Positions 48,618 through 58,867 of a stretch of 64,000 nucleotides of DNA are shown here, piece after piece. This DNA is from Chloroflexota bacterium. GTDB taxonomy: Bacteria; Chloroflexota; Anaerolineae; B4-G1; SLSP01. The notes under the pieces were generated by a model. The model was not told the origin of the DNA, did not search any database, and saw nothing but the letters and a program-made list of their open reading frames with translations. The stretch is taken from assembly GCA_019873645.1 (NCBI GenBank), contig JAIOAX010000010.1, forward strand, positions 19,728 through 83,727, given 5' to 3'. The first letter of the stretch is position 1; the number at the start of each line of letters is the position of its first letter. Made by a program: the position numbers and the translations under genes.

Positions 48618-48683
48618 TTCAGATAGTCCTTAGTCGAATAGTCAGATAGTCCTTAGTCGAATAGTCAGATAGTCCTTAGTCAG
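48602..48683. repeat. 23-bp tandem repeat (TAGTCCTTAGTCGAATAGTCAGA), ~3.5 copies
   Basis: Directly visible; built from TAGTC sub-units; overlaps the PBP gene stop. Confidence 0.85.
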
Positions 48684-48709
48684 CCCTTTCCCCCTGCCCC
48701 TTGCCCCTT

Positions 48710-50155
48710 TTATTCCGCACCGTTAAAGAACCGGTAAACGAGTTGCCCGATAGTCGCAAAAGTCGGTGCGCTCTCGTTCCACACCAGCCACTCCGGTTGA
48801 TACAAATACACTACCAGTACCAGATCGGTCTGCGGGCCGTACAGCAACGCGATAGCGGCGTGCGTCTTATTGGCCCAGCCATGTTTATGCGCAACGCGCG
48901 TACTGGCCGGCAGCGCCGCACTTAACAGCGGATTGACCGGATTGCGTTCCAGGCTATCGAGCAGTGCCTGACATTCTGCAGCGGTGATCTGCTGGGGGTA
49001 AACCGCGCGCAGGAAACCTCCATCCTTCGTCCCATAATATAACCCTTCCATCAACAAACCCATTTCCAGCGGTGTGGTTTGCAACAGGGGATCGGGGCGG
49101 GTGCGGTTATCTGAACTTGAGGCCGCAGCGATGTCCGGCGGGACGGTTGCGCCGGTGATGTCGTAGGGCGCAGCGATGAAAGTGTGGTGCAACCCCAATC
49201 CCCACAGCATATCGGTCACGCGCAACGCGCCGCTATAGGGGTCGCCCGCCCCAATTTGAGTCAGCAGCGCATTGGCGACCGTGTTGTCGCTCTCGGCGAA
49301 CAATGCATCCATTTGCGCACGGGTGCTGGTATCTGATGTCGTGTCAAGCATTGCATACAGGCTGAGGGCAATGGCAATCTTCAGCCCGCCGACGCCTGAA
49401 AAGACGACCTCGCAATTGTAACAAAATTCTTGCCCCTTGCGCAGTCCTTTGGCGAAGATACCCGCCACACCGTCAAAATCGCGCAGGGCCGCATCCAGGG
49501 CCTGCCGCAGGATGATGAAGGAGGCTTCCGGCGCCGGTTCGACGTTCACCACCAGATGCACTTCACGCTGCTCCGGCGCGGCCGCCAGGATCGCTTTGAT
49601 GAGCAAGGGCAATGAGGCTTGAATATCCAGGGTTGTGCCATCTTGTGGAGGACGGAAAGTTCCGGCCTCCGGCAGAAGCACAGCATTTTGTGGGGGCCGG
49701 TCATACTTCTGGGCCGTGCGTGCCAGAAAAGCATCCACGCGCTCGCGGGAATAGGTGACGACGGCTGTCACTTCCTGAGCTTCTGGCGCATTGTGCCGGA
49801 GTTGCTCCATCAAGTAGGTAAGAAACCCCCGGATGCCGCTGCGCGCAACAAGCACTTTATCAAGGTTCTGCGCTGTAGTTACCTCGTCGAGTTGCAGTTC
49901 CACCATCTCCGGCAGCAGGAGCGGCGTGAGCTTACCGGCGTAATAGACCGTGATCGGTCGGGTGTATGCCAGCGCAATCGCATTGAGTGCCTGCTCGCGG
50001 GTCATGCCGCCCATCGGCAGTCCGTTGATGGTCAGCCCCGGCGGCAGCATCGTCTGGCTCGATTTCCAGTTCGTATACGCCCACGCCCCTCCCAGGATGA
50101 ACACGGTCAGCAGGAAGAAAATCGGCCAGGCAATTCTGAAACGTCCTTGTCTCAA
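48710..50155 (-). CDS. Membrane-anchored serine hydrolase (class A beta-lactamase-like fold with PG_binding_4-like N-domain), probably non-catalytic
   Basis: N-terminal TM; ESDN and HKHG motifs; the SxxK position reads GGLK. TTG start after GAGG is assumed. Confidence 0.75.
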   Translation of the reverse strand: MRQGRFRIAWPIFFLLTVFILGGAWAYTNWKSSQTMLPPGLTINGLPMGGMTREQALNAIALAYTRPITVYYAGKLTPLLLPEMVELQLDEVTTAQNLDKVLVARSGIRGFLTYLMEQLRHNAPEAQEVTAVVTYSRERVDAFLARTAQKYDRPPQNAVLLPEAGTFRPPQDGTTLDIQASLPLLIKAILAAAPEQREVHLVVNVEPAPEASFIILRQALDAALRDFDGVAGIFAKGLRKGQEFCYNCEVVFSGVGGLKIAIALSLYAMLDTTSDTSTRAQMDALFAESDNTVANALLTQIGAGDPYSGALRVTDMLWGLGLHHTFIAAPYDITGATVPPDIAAASSSDNRTRPDPLLQTTPLEMGLLMEGLYYGTKDGGFLRAVYPQQITAAECQALLDSLERNPVNPLLSAALPASTRVAHKHGWANKTHAAIALLYGPQTDLVLVVYLYQPEWLVWNESAPTFATIGQLVYRFFNGAE

Positions 50156-50216
50156 GTCAACCTCATAGAGTAACAACGTACTATATGATTAGGCGTTACG
50201 CCGCTCGCCATTTTCT

Positions 50217-50288
50217 GACAGGATTAACAGGATTTTCAGGATTAAAGAAGGCTTTGTAGGAGCCTTTTCATCCTGTCAATCCTGTCCA
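50217..50288. repeat. Nonamer inverted repeat cluster (ACAGGATTA/AATCCTGT family)
   Basis: GACAGGATTAACAGGATT...ATCCTGTCAATCCTGTCC; same family at 388-434. Confidence 0.7.
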
Positions 50289-50363
50289 AAGAAACGAACT
50301 GCGTAACTACTGTATATATATTGAGACAGTATAGTGGGGTTAGCAGAAGCGTCAAATTTCGAG

Positions 50364-50516
50364 GGGGTACATTTCAGGACGGGGGCGATTGATCGATGCG
50401 GCGACCGGACGCGGCTCAGGCCGGTCTCCAGACCGTGCCTGCGCAGCGACTGATCCCGCAGTGGCACGGTCAGAGACCGGCCACAGCAAGATTTGCCCCG
50501 AAGTTGAAATGTACCC
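50364..50516. mobile_element. MITE-like element, family B, copy 2 (carries a family R REP)
   Basis: GGGTACATTTCA...TGAAATGTACCC 12-bp inverted ends; internal GGCACGGTCAGAGACCGGCCACAGC. Confidence 0.55.
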
Positions 50517-50656
50517 ATTTCGAGGCATAGTTCACTCGACCTGCGCCTCCGCGCCATTGAAGATAGACTCAGCATCCCGATTTTGTACAAATATGTGGAA
50601 CATGTATACTGTAGGGTTTGCAGGAAAGTCATATATCACCAGTTAGAGGAGAACCT

Positions 50657-51337
50657 ATGTCAAACTCTAAAAGTGCCCTGGCAATCGCTGCCGTTGTATT
50701 GGGCGGCGGTCTGAAAAAAGTCGAAGTCTTGGGACAGAGCCGGTACGAACCTGAAGAGCAGGCTAAAGCGCGACTGGATCAAGCCTATGACCTCTTTATA
50801 GACGGTAAAGTTAATTATATCGTTTCGACAGGAAAATATTCCATTGCAGCGACGGTTGACCCCAACGTGACCGGCCCGTTTACGGAAGCCGAGGTGGGGA
50901 AACAGTACCTTATTGCCAAGGCACAAACTCAAGGCGGTGCCGCCGCGGCGCAGCGGATCGCGGCGAGGATTCTTTGCGAAGACCGGTCCATTGATACGAT
51001 CAGCAATGCCTGGTATGCCAAAAAGCTGTGTCTCGAACCGCACGGCATCACGTCATGTATCCTCGTGACTTCGGACTATCACATGGAACGCGCCAGGATC
51101 ATTTTCGAGTGGGTTTTAGGCCCCCGCTACACCATCACGTGTGTGGAAGCCCCATCGCCACTCTATGGTGAGGAAAGAACACACCGGGAGCAATTCGAGA
51201 AAATGCTGACCGATTACGTCAAGACACGTTGGATCGCCAGCATCGCTCCCGGTGACGATGAAGCTCTACAGCGATTCATGGAAACCGAACACCGACAGAT
51301 GTTTTCCGGCATTCCTCTATCCCAACCTGCTGCCTAG
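50657..51337 (+). CDS. YdcF/DUF218 family protein
   Basis: VVLGGG, RLD.A, EAE, EDRS.DT..NA and LVTSDYHMERA motifs. Confidence 0.88.
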   Translation: MSNSKSALAIAAVVLGGGLKKVEVLGQSRYEPEEQAKARLDQAYDLFIDGKVNYIVSTGKYSIAATVDPNVTGPFTEAEVGKQYLIAKAQTQGGAAAAQRIAARILCEDRSIDTISNAWYAKKLCLEPHGITSCILVTSDYHMERARIIFEWVLGPRYTITCVEAPSPLYGEERTHREQFEKMLTDYVKTRWIASIAPGDDEALQRFMETEHRQMFSGIPLSQPAA

Positions 51338-51585
51338 CTTTCAATCTGTAGCCATTTTCCCGCGGCGTGCAGATACGGTCACCCTGTTGATCAGGATAGA
51401 TATATCCCCTTGACGCTTCGTCTACTGGCCTGAGGTACAGGTTCAAATTCGTTCTGGCGGGCAATCCTTTTTTCCCGCATTTCATTTATAATCGGATGTA
51501 ATGGGTTGTGGGTGGGGGGTGATATATAATTCTAACCTGAATCCCTACAACTCTTAACTCGCAACTCGCAGGTGGAGGGGATTCG

Positions 51586-52506
51586 ATGAGCACGGTTACC
51601 GTTTCGCATGTCAGTAAATCTTTCGGCGCGGTGAAAGCTGTACAGGACGTTTCTTTCGAGGTCTATCCGGGCGAGGTGTTTGGTCTGCTGGGACCGAACG
51701 GCGCCGGCAAGACGACGACGATCCGCATGATGTTGGATATTTTTCGGCCCGACAGCGGCGCGATCAGCATCTTCGACGGCGAGCTGACCGAAGATAAGAA
51801 AAACCGCATCGGCTATATGCCGGAAGAGCGTGGATTGTACAAAGACTTAAAGTTGGAACCGACGCTGATCTTCCTGGCCACGCTCAAGGGCCTTGACGAG
51901 ACTACGGCGCGCGCACGGCTAGGTCCGTGGCTGGAACGCTTCGAGCTGACCGACTTCCGGCAGCAGAAAATTCAAAATCTCAGCAAAGGTATGCAGCAGA
52001 AGGCCCAGCTCATTGCCACGCTGCTCCACGATCCCGATTTGCTGGTGGTGGATGAGCCATTCTCTGGACTGGACCCGGTGAACACGCGGTTGGTAAAGGA
52101 CATCATCGAGGAGCTGCGTCAACAGGGCAAGACGATCATCATGTCGGCCCACCAGATGCATCAGGTGGAGGCGTTGTGTAACCGCATCGTGCTCATCAAT
52201 CACGGGCGCACCGTCCTTTACGGCGAAGTGAGCAAGATCAAACGCGACTTTGCCGGCAACGCGCTCACCATCGAGGGGCAGGGGGATTTTAACGGCCTAC
52301 CCGGGGTGTTGGAAGCCCGCCATCATAACGGCACGTGGAATCTGACGCTGGATGTGGGTGTGGATTCGCAGGACGTGCTGCGGGCGATTATGCGCCGGGA
52401 TAACATCAAGCTGGAGCGTTTTGAAATCGCCGAACCTTCGTTGGAGGATATCTTCGTTACCGTCGTGCAGCGCGCCAGAGAAGATACGGAGGCGACGTAT
52501 GCGTAA
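51586..52506 (+). CDS. ABC-2 transporter ATP-binding protein (NatA/YhaQ-like)
   Basis: GPNGAGKTT, GYMPEERGLY, LSKGMQQK, DEPFSGLDPVN and PSLEDIF motifs. Confidence 0.93.
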   Translation: MSTVTVSHVSKSFGAVKAVQDVSFEVYPGEVFGLLGPNGAGKTTTIRMMLDIFRPDSGAISIFDGELTEDKKNRIGYMPEERGLYKDLKLEPTLIFLATLKGLDETTARARLGPWLERFELTDFRQQKIQNLSKGMQQKAQLIATLLHDPDLLVVDEPFSGLDPVNTRLVKDIIEELRQQGKTIIMSAHQMHQVEALCNRIVLINHGRTVLYGEVSKIKRDFAGNALTIEGQGDFNGLPGVLEARHHNGTWNLTLDVGVDSQDVLRAIMRRDNIKLERFEIAEPSLEDIFVTVVQRAREDTEATYA

Positions 52507-53731
52507 GTTCTGGCTCATCGCCAAACACGAGTACCTGAAAATTGTCCGGCAGAAGTCGTTCTTGGTCGGCACGCTCGGCATGCCGGTGTTGATCGTCCTG
52601 GTCATGGCGGTTGCCATTCTGGTAGCCGTGGGGCAGCGTGGGAAACTGCCAGTGGGCTACGTGGATCACACGGGTCTCTTGAGTGAATCCATCACCCTAC
52701 CTACCCCCAAAAGGGGCGTACCGCCGGTTGCTATGCGCGCCTTCAGTGATGAAGCTGCCGCGCAGACCGCGCTGGAAGCCAATGTCATCCAGGCGTACTA
52801 CGTCGTACCCGCCGACTACGTGCAATCCGGGCGTGTGCAGCTCTTCTTCCTCAGCAAGCGCCCCGGCGAACGTGTCCAGGAAGACTTCGCGGATTTCCTG
52901 CGGGCCAATCTGCTGGCCGCGTATCCCACCGACGTGCAACGGCGTTTGCTGGAAGGCTCCGCGGTGACGTTCCGTTCCATAGATGGCGGACGGGAACTGC
53001 AAAGCGACAACATGCTCGGATTCATCGTGCCGTTTGTGGCCGCGTTCTTCTTCGTCTTTGCAGTGATGAATTCAAGCGGTTATATGCTTCAGGCAGTGAC
53101 CGATGAAAAGGAGAATCGCACCATCGAAGTCCTCGCCACATCCGTCCGTCCTGAAGAATTGATCGGCGGTAAGGCGCTGGGGCTGATGAGTGTGGGGCTG
53201 ACGCAATTGGGCCTCTGGGTGCTCACCAGCGTCGGTGCGCTGTTGATCGCCGCGCCCTTCGTGCCGGAGGTGCAAGGTTTGCGCATGCCGTGGTCGTTGC
53301 TGGGCATTACGGCGCTCTTTTTCCTGCCGGCCTACGCGCTGATCGCCGGATTAATGACCGCCATAGGAGGTATGGCGACCGATCTGCGTCAGGGGCAACA
53401 GATTGCAGGTCTGCTCAACCTTTTCTTCACGCTGCCCTTTTTCTTCCTGGCGTTAATTATGGTTAAACCCAACAGCCCGCTGATCATCGCTTTGACGTTG
53501 TTCCCGACAACGGCCTTCGTCACCATCACCATGCGCTGGGCCATAACGACGGTGCCGCTATGGCAACTGGGGGTGAGCTGGGTGCTGTTGGTCACAGCGG
53601 CGGTGATCAGTGTGTGGCTTGCAGCGCGCATTTTCCGCCTGGGGATGTTACAGTACGGACAATCGCTGAAGGTCAAAACGATCATCGCGGCGCTGCGCAG
53701 CGACAACCGTTCGCCAGTGCAACGGTTATAA
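52499..53731 (+). CDS. ABC-2 permease (NatB/YhaP-like)
   Basis: EKENRTIEVLATSVRP.EL..GK motif; six TM segments. Confidence 0.9.
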   Translation: MRKFWLIAKHEYLKIVRQKSFLVGTLGMPVLIVLVMAVAILVAVGQRGKLPVGYVDHTGLLSESITLPTPKRGVPPVAMRAFSDEAAAQTALEANVIQAYYVVPADYVQSGRVQLFFLSKRPGERVQEDFADFLRANLLAAYPTDVQRRLLEGSAVTFRSIDGGRELQSDNMLGFIVPFVAAFFFVFAVMNSSGYMLQAVTDEKENRTIEVLATSVRPEELIGGKALGLMSVGLTQLGLWVLTSVGALLIAAPFVPEVQGLRMPWSLLGITALFFLPAYALIAGLMTAIGGMATDLRQGQQIAGLLNLFFTLPFFFLALIMVKPNSPLIIALTLFPTTAFVTITMRWAITTVPLWQLGVSWVLLVTAAVISVWLAARIFRLGMLQYGQSLKVKTIIAALRSDNRSPVQRL

Positions 53732-53744
53732 ATGAGGTGCTACC

Positions 53745-55001
53745 ATGCGCAATGTGCTGATTGTCATCAAACATGAGATTCGCAGTACCTTGGGAAAGCC
53801 TTCCTTCTGGCTGACCACCTTTCTGTTGCCGGCTGTCATCATGGTCTTCAGCTTCGGCTCACAATTTCTCAGCCGTAGAGCATTCGAGACTGAAGAAGAT
53901 GTATTATCCAGCGGCGCCGAAGGCGGGGCCTGGACCATCGGTTACGTGGATTATGCCCATCTGATCCAAACGCTGCCTCCCGACGTCCCACCGACGCTCG
54001 TGCAGGCGTTCCCCGATGAAAACGCCGCCCATGCCGCTCTGACCGCCGGTCAACTGCGCGAATATTACATCATCCCGGCAGATTATGTGGCGACCGGCAA
54101 ACTCACGGCGGTGGAGAAGGAATTTGCGCCGCTGGGGGGCATCAGTACGGCCGATATCTTCTCTTACATCGTGCATTACAATTTGATTGGGGATGCGCCA
54201 TTAGCCAGACGGATTTCCGATCCGCTTTATAGCGTGGAAACGACAGCCGTGGCCGCGCCGGACTCCAATGCCGGGGAAGACTATGGGACCCGTTTCATCG
54301 TGGGCTACGGTGTGCTCTTCATCTTCTTTTTCGTGCTGACGATGAGCAGTAGCTTTATGTTGCAAAGCGTCTCGCGGGAAAAAGAGAATCGCACGGTGGA
54401 AGTGTTACTGGTCAGCCTGCGCCCGCGTGAGTTAATGTTGGGGAAGGTGTTGGGGCTGGGGCTTGTGGCCTTGCTCCAAATGCTGGTTTGGCTTGGTGGC
54501 AGCTATTTGACGTTGAATCGTGGCGGCTCGGCCCTGGCGACGCTCGGCGTCGCCGTCAGCAGCCTGGTCCTGCCCAAGGGGTTCTTTGTGTGGGGACTGC
54601 TCTATTTTGTGCTTGGCTACATTCTGTACGCTTCGATTCTGGGCGCAATCGGCGCGCTGGCGCCGAGCGCCCGCGAGACGGGGCAATTTACCTTCCTCGC
54701 CATGCTGCCGCTGATGCTTCCCTTGTGGTTCAACAGCATCTTTGTCGAAGCGCCCAACGATACCCTGGCAGTCATTCTAAGCCTCATTCCCCTGACCGCG
54801 CCGACCGCGATGCTGCCGCGGCTGGCCGCGGGCGGCGTACCGCTCTGGCAACCGCTGGCCGGTCTGGCCGGTCTGGCCGTGACGACGTATCTGTTTGTCC
54901 TCATCGCAGCGCGCTTCTTCCGCGCCGATACGCTGCTCTCCAGCGCGAGCATGAGCTGGGCGCGGGTGAAGGAGGAGTTCAAGAAGGGGAATGTTCAGTA
55001 A
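53745..55001 (+). CDS. ABC-2 permease (NatB/YhaP-like), second paralog
   Basis: EKENRTVEVLLVSLRP.ELMLGK motif. Confidence 0.9.
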   Translation: MRNVLIVIKHEIRSTLGKPSFWLTTFLLPAVIMVFSFGSQFLSRRAFETEEDVLSSGAEGGAWTIGYVDYAHLIQTLPPDVPPTLVQAFPDENAAHAALTAGQLREYYIIPADYVATGKLTAVEKEFAPLGGISTADIFSYIVHYNLIGDAPLARRISDPLYSVETTAVAAPDSNAGEDYGTRFIVGYGVLFIFFFVLTMSSSFMLQSVSREKENRTVEVLLVSLRPRELMLGKVLGLGLVALLQMLVWLGGSYLTLNRGGSALATLGVAVSSLVLPKGFFVWGLLYFVLGYILYASILGAIGALAPSARETGQFTFLAMLPLMLPLWFNSIFVEAPNDTLAVILSLIPLTAPTAMLPRLAAGGVPLWQPLAGLAGLAVTTYLFVLIAARFFRADTLLSSASMSWARVKEEFKKGNVQ

Positions 55002-55083
55002 TCGGTAACTGGTGATTGGTAACTGGTAATTGGGTGATCACTTATATCCTCCCAATTACCGATTACTGATTACCGATTACTGA

Positions 55084-55266
55084 TGAGTCTACTGAAAAAA
55101 ACTAAAGATCTCACCGCAGAGTCGCAGAGGGCGCAAAGATTTTTATGTAGGATTCAATAAAATTAAGTCTTTCGCGTTTCATTACTAATTTTATTGATAT
55201 AAACTTGAATTTTTCTCGGCGTTCTTTGCGTCTCTGCGGTGAATTAGACTTTTTTCAGGAGAGTCA
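55084..55266. mobile_element. MITE-like palindromic element, family A, copy 2 (complete)
   Basis: Imperfect terminal inverted repeats TGAGTCTACTGAAAAAA...CACCGCAGAG / CTCTGCGGTG...TTTTTTCAGGAGAGTCA. Confidence 0.7.
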
Positions 55267-55277
55267 CTGATGACTCG

Positions 55278-56648
55278 CTACTTCAAAATATAATACGTCC
55301 CCCGTTTCTCCCCGATCTTGATGAGTATGCCGCGGTCCACAAGATCGGCGAGGTCCAGGCGCAGGGTTTCAGCAGTCACATCGGGGCAGAGCGCCTGGTA
55401 GTCGCGGTTGGTGATGCGGTCATGCTGCTGTAGAAAGGCTAACGCCTTCGCCTGCCGTTCGTTCATCGTCAGATCGGTGCCGGCTGGCAAGAGCACCGGC
55501 TGACGCTGTTGGGTGCTCTCAAAAACGACGGTAAACGAATAATCCGTGGGGCGGAACTGTGGCGGTGGATGGCCCGCGTTCACCATATCTTGAATCATGA
55601 GGTCCACTCCCAGTCCCAACTCCTCAATGTACCCCCACTGATACAACCCGTTGACAATGCGCGGGTTGCGCGAGAAGTGCTCATCTACGATGTTATCCAA
55701 TGTGATGTAGCCGGGCAAGCCGCCGGGGCTGGAAATTTCCAGCCGATTGCTGAACATGCGTACCTCGATGGCCCGGCCACGCAAGCGATAGTCGCGGTGC
55801 GCTACCGCATTGACCAACGCCTCGCGGATAGCGGTTGGTGGATACAGCCATTGTTCTTTGCGCTCCAAACCGCGCACCACTGCGCCCAGGCGGATCTCAG
55901 CTTGCAAAGTATCCCACGCCTGCCGGATGATATGCGCCAGTGGGCCGTCGAACTCTACGCGCCGCCCGTACCCCGGCTCGCCGCTCTCTTTGTGCACATA
56001 CACACCGTCAAATCGCACGAACGTCAAGCCGCTACGCGGTATGAACATTTGTGGTTTTCTCCCAAACAATAACATGCCGGCTACGGTTGGCCGACCGCCG
56101 GGGAGCAACCACCCCATCTCCAATAACATATCATCCATGGGCCGGCTCAACGGGCGGCCCTGGCGTTTTTCCCACATCTCGGCAAATTCGCGCAGCGTTT
56201 CAGGATCGAGGTCCTCGCGCGTTGCGCCGGGAACCGGCTCGGCTTCGTATTCGCCGGCGGAACGGCTGGCGGCAAGCTGCTGCAACTGCTCACCGCTCAG
56301 CGGACGGTTCTCCATGCCGGTACGGATGAGTACCCGGCCATCGTGCAGGGTATGCAGCTCGGCGCTGCGCTGCACACGTCCCACAAAGACGAACGCCCCG
56401 CCGACTTCCACCTGCTCCCATGCGATAGGAACCGGGGGACGGCAAAGCCTTTCAGCTTGCTGCACGGTCTCGCCGAACTCTTCAGGATAGACATCGCCGC
56501 TCGGGGTGCCATCCTCGTCAACACCGACGTAGACCGTCCCACCATCAGCATTGGCAAACGCGGTGAGCGTCTCGGCCAGCGATAGCGCATCTGCCGTCGG
56601 TAACAAAGCCATCAACTGACTGGGGTGAGGTCGAAACGCATCATGCAT
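55278..56648 (-). CDS. AlbA_2 (Schlafen-like) domain + HATPase_c_4 + winged-HTH protein
   Basis: AFANADGG.VYVGVD, REALVNAVAHRDY, SPGGL, SRNP.I, ELGLG and ITNRDY motifs. Confidence 0.88.
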   Translation of the reverse strand: MHDAFRPHPSQLMALLPTADALSLAETLTAFANADGGTVYVGVDEDGTPSGDVYPEEFGETVQQAERLCRPPVPIAWEQVEVGGAFVFVGRVQRSAELHTLHDGRVLIRTGMENRPLSGEQLQQLAASRSAGEYEAEPVPGATREDLDPETLREFAEMWEKRQGRPLSRPMDDMLLEMGWLLPGGRPTVAGMLLFGRKPQMFIPRSGLTFVRFDGVYVHKESGEPGYGRRVEFDGPLAHIIRQAWDTLQAEIRLGAVVRGLERKEQWLYPPTAIREALVNAVAHRDYRLRGRAIEVRMFSNRLEISSPGGLPGYITLDNIVDEHFSRNPRIVNGLYQWGYIEELGLGVDLMIQDMVNAGHPPPQFRPTDYSFTVVFESTQQRQPVLLPAGTDLTMNERQAKALAFLQQHDRITNRDYQALCPDVTAETLRLDLADLVDRGILIKIGEKRGTYYILK

Positions 56649-56736
56649 AGGGAGTCCCCCTTTTAGGAAAATACCCCGCCAGGTGATAGAGCGGCGGGGC
56701 ATTTTCTCTTCTATGACGGCTCAACGTGGGCGCCGA

Positions 56737-56964
56737 TTATCCCTTCTTATAAATCAGGAAATAGTACCCCACATAGAGAAGTGCCGCAACTACGGCAACG
56801 ATCAGCGTAATGGGCAAAGCCGCCTTGATCGCCATCCAGATCGTGCCGGTGAGCGGCCTGATCCACACATAGACATAAGCCGTCACCGCCGCGAAGACGA
56901 TCAACACACTTGCAAAGAGCCAATACGCCAACAAACGGAGCTTCTTTTGCTTGTCTTCTGCCAT
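56737..56964 (-). CDS. Small two-TM membrane protein
   Basis: 75 aa with two hydrophobic helices; GGGAGG RBS. Confidence 0.7.
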   Translation of the reverse strand: MAEDKQKKLRLLAYWLFASVLIVFAAVTAYVYVWIRPLTGTIWMAIKAALPITLIVAVVAALLYVGYYFLIYKKG

Positions 56965-57060
56965 ATTCCCTCCCTAAATACAACACCACTCATGAAGTTT
57001 TAGATATTCCGGCCGGCAAACCCCAACGGGTTTTACCTAACAGGCAATCAAAACATACGG

Positions 57061-57333
57061 TCATGGCCTCGGGGCTCCGGATTCGACATGGAATCGCACT
57101 GCTGTGCGTTCCTTGCCCTCAATGGAAATCTCCGAAAACGAAGGGATGCAGTAGATGTAAATGTTGTCTAGCTCAAGGTACCCCCGTGCGATGGCAATCG
57201 CTTTAACGGCCTGGTTCACGGCCCCCGCGCCGATCGCTTGTACATCCACATGTCCTTGCTCACGGATGACGCCGGCGATGGCACCGGCCACGGATGTAGA
57301 ACGAGAGGTCGTGGCGACCTTGATCACATTCAT
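57061..57333 (-). CDS. spoVS: Stage V sporulation protein S family
   Basis: SVAGAIAG...VQAIGAGAVNQAVKAIAIARG...P.F....GKERTA. TTGCAA-17-TATAAT promoter upstream. Confidence 0.93.
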   Translation of the reverse strand: MNVIKVATTSRSTSVAGAIAGVIREQGHVDVQAIGAGAVNQAVKAIAIARGYLELDNIYIYCIPSFSEISIEGKERTAVRFHVESGAPRP

Positions 57334-57449
57334 AGCATGGCCTCCCCGGTCAGGCTACATCCACCAAGGGCGGAACTTGTCCGCTCATGCCCAATTCACA
57401 ATTAAATTATAGTGATTTTTTTCTGAAATTGCAAGTCACCTTAAAGAGC

Positions 57450-58649
57450 CTACCCTTCCAACACTGCACGGATTTCACCCACAGCCCACGTCAGTACATC
57501 TTCAGGGATGATGAGTGGCGGCGCAAAGCGAATGACGGTGTGATGCGTTTCCAGCATTAGCAGACCGCGCTCTTTCAACAACTTGCAGAACCGTCGCGCG
57601 CTGCCCACCTCCTCTTTGAGCGCGATGCCGATGAGCAGTCCCTTGCCGCGTACTTCCGCGACATAAGGGCTGCGCATAGCCCGCAGTTCACGCATAGCAT
57701 ACGCCCCTAATTCGCAGGCGCGTTCCGGCAACCGCTCCTCGATGATCACCCGGAGCGCCTCGCGCGCTACCGCCGCCCCCAGCGGATTTCCTCCAAAAGT
57801 GGAACCGTGCATCCCCGGCCCGAACAATTCCATGATCTCCTGCCGGCCGAGGGTGGCGGAAACCGGCATCATACCGCCGGATAGGGCCTTGCCCATGACG
57901 AGTAAATCCGGCCGTACCCCTTCCCATTCACAAGCGAAAAGTTTCCCCGTGCGGCCCAAACCGGTCTGAATTTCATCGGCTATGAGCAGGACGTTATGAC
58001 GATCACAGATTTCCCGCACCGCATGCAGATATCCCGTCGGCGGAACGATGACGCCGCCCTCTCCCTGGATCGGTTCAACCAGGAAGCCTACGGTATGCGG
58101 CGTAATAGCGGCCTCAAGCGCAGCGGCGTCGCCGAAGGGAACTGCCCTGAATCCCGGCGTCAGAGGCCCAAAACCATGCTTGTACAACGGCGTCGTTGAG
58201 AGTGAGATAACGGTAATGGTGCGCCCATGAAAGTTATGATCGCAGACCAGAATCTCGGCCTGCTCATCGGGGACGCCCTTGACCCGATACCCCCACAGCC
58301 GTGCGGCTTTGAGAGCCGCTTCAACCGCTTCGGCGCCGGAATTCATGACAATCACCCGTGGATAACCGGTCAACTCGCACAATTCTTTGACCAGCAGGGG
58401 AAACTGATTGTTATAGAACGCGCGCGAGGTGAGGGTCACACGCTGCGCTTGCTCGATTAAGGCCTGGACGATGCGTGGGTGACGGTGTCCCTGGTTGAGT
58501 GCAGAATAGCCGCTCAGGCAGTCGAGATACCGTTTTCCCTCGACATCCCAGACCCATACCCCTTCACCGCGGGCAATCACCACTTCCAGGGGATTGTAGG
58601 TGTTCGTGGCATAACGTTTTTCCAGTTCGATATAATCCTCAGTATGCAT
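57450..58649 (-). CDS. rocD: Ornithine--oxo-acid aminotransferase (class III PLP)
   Basis: YLDCLSGYSALNQGHRHP, LTSRAF, NSGAEAVE, NFHGRT, EPIQGEGG, DEIQTGLGRTG, GKALSGG and HGSTFGGNP motifs. Confidence 0.9.
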   Translation of the reverse strand: MHTEDYIELEKRYATNTYNPLEVVIARGEGVWVWDVEGKRYLDCLSGYSALNQGHRHPRIVQALIEQAQRVTLTSRAFYNNQFPLLVKELCELTGYPRVIVMNSGAEAVEAALKAARLWGYRVKGVPDEQAEILVCDHNFHGRTITVISLSTTPLYKHGFGPLTPGFRAVPFGDAAALEAAITPHTVGFLVEPIQGEGGVIVPPTGYLHAVREICDRHNVLLIADEIQTGLGRTGKLFACEWEGVRPDLLVMGKALSGGMMPVSATLGRQEIMELFGPGMHGSTFGGNPLGAAVAREALRVIIEERLPERACELGAYAMRELRAMRSPYVAEVRGKGLLIGIALKEEVGSARRFCKLLKERGLLMLETHHTVIRFAPPLIIPEDVLTWAVGEIRAVLEG

Positions 58650-58867
58650 GGTTGTCGCTCCTCCTAAAGACTGCTTGAACGTCAGCACGTTCCACCGCAG
58701 CATGTGTGTTCATCGTAACATGCCCATAAACAGGGTCAAGTGATGCTTATCCGTTTGCTGTCGGGTAAATGGCAGACCCGCATCACACAGTCATTTGCAA
58801 GACACCGGATGATTTGCCGTGAACTTCAAATGGACTATACTAACTCTGAATTCAGCCAGGAGTCGCG

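Noticed and set aside
48602-48683. Possible CRISPR array
   Set aside because: Repeats are head-to-tail with no unique spacers, and no cas genes are present.
51276-51485. Small minus-strand ORF between ydcF and the ABC operon
   Set aside because: No RBS or recognisable motif, and it overlaps the ydcF 3' end.
57061-57333. SpoVS as evidence of sporulation
   Set aside because: SpoVS homologues are widespread in non-sporulating bacteria, and no other sporulation genes are here.
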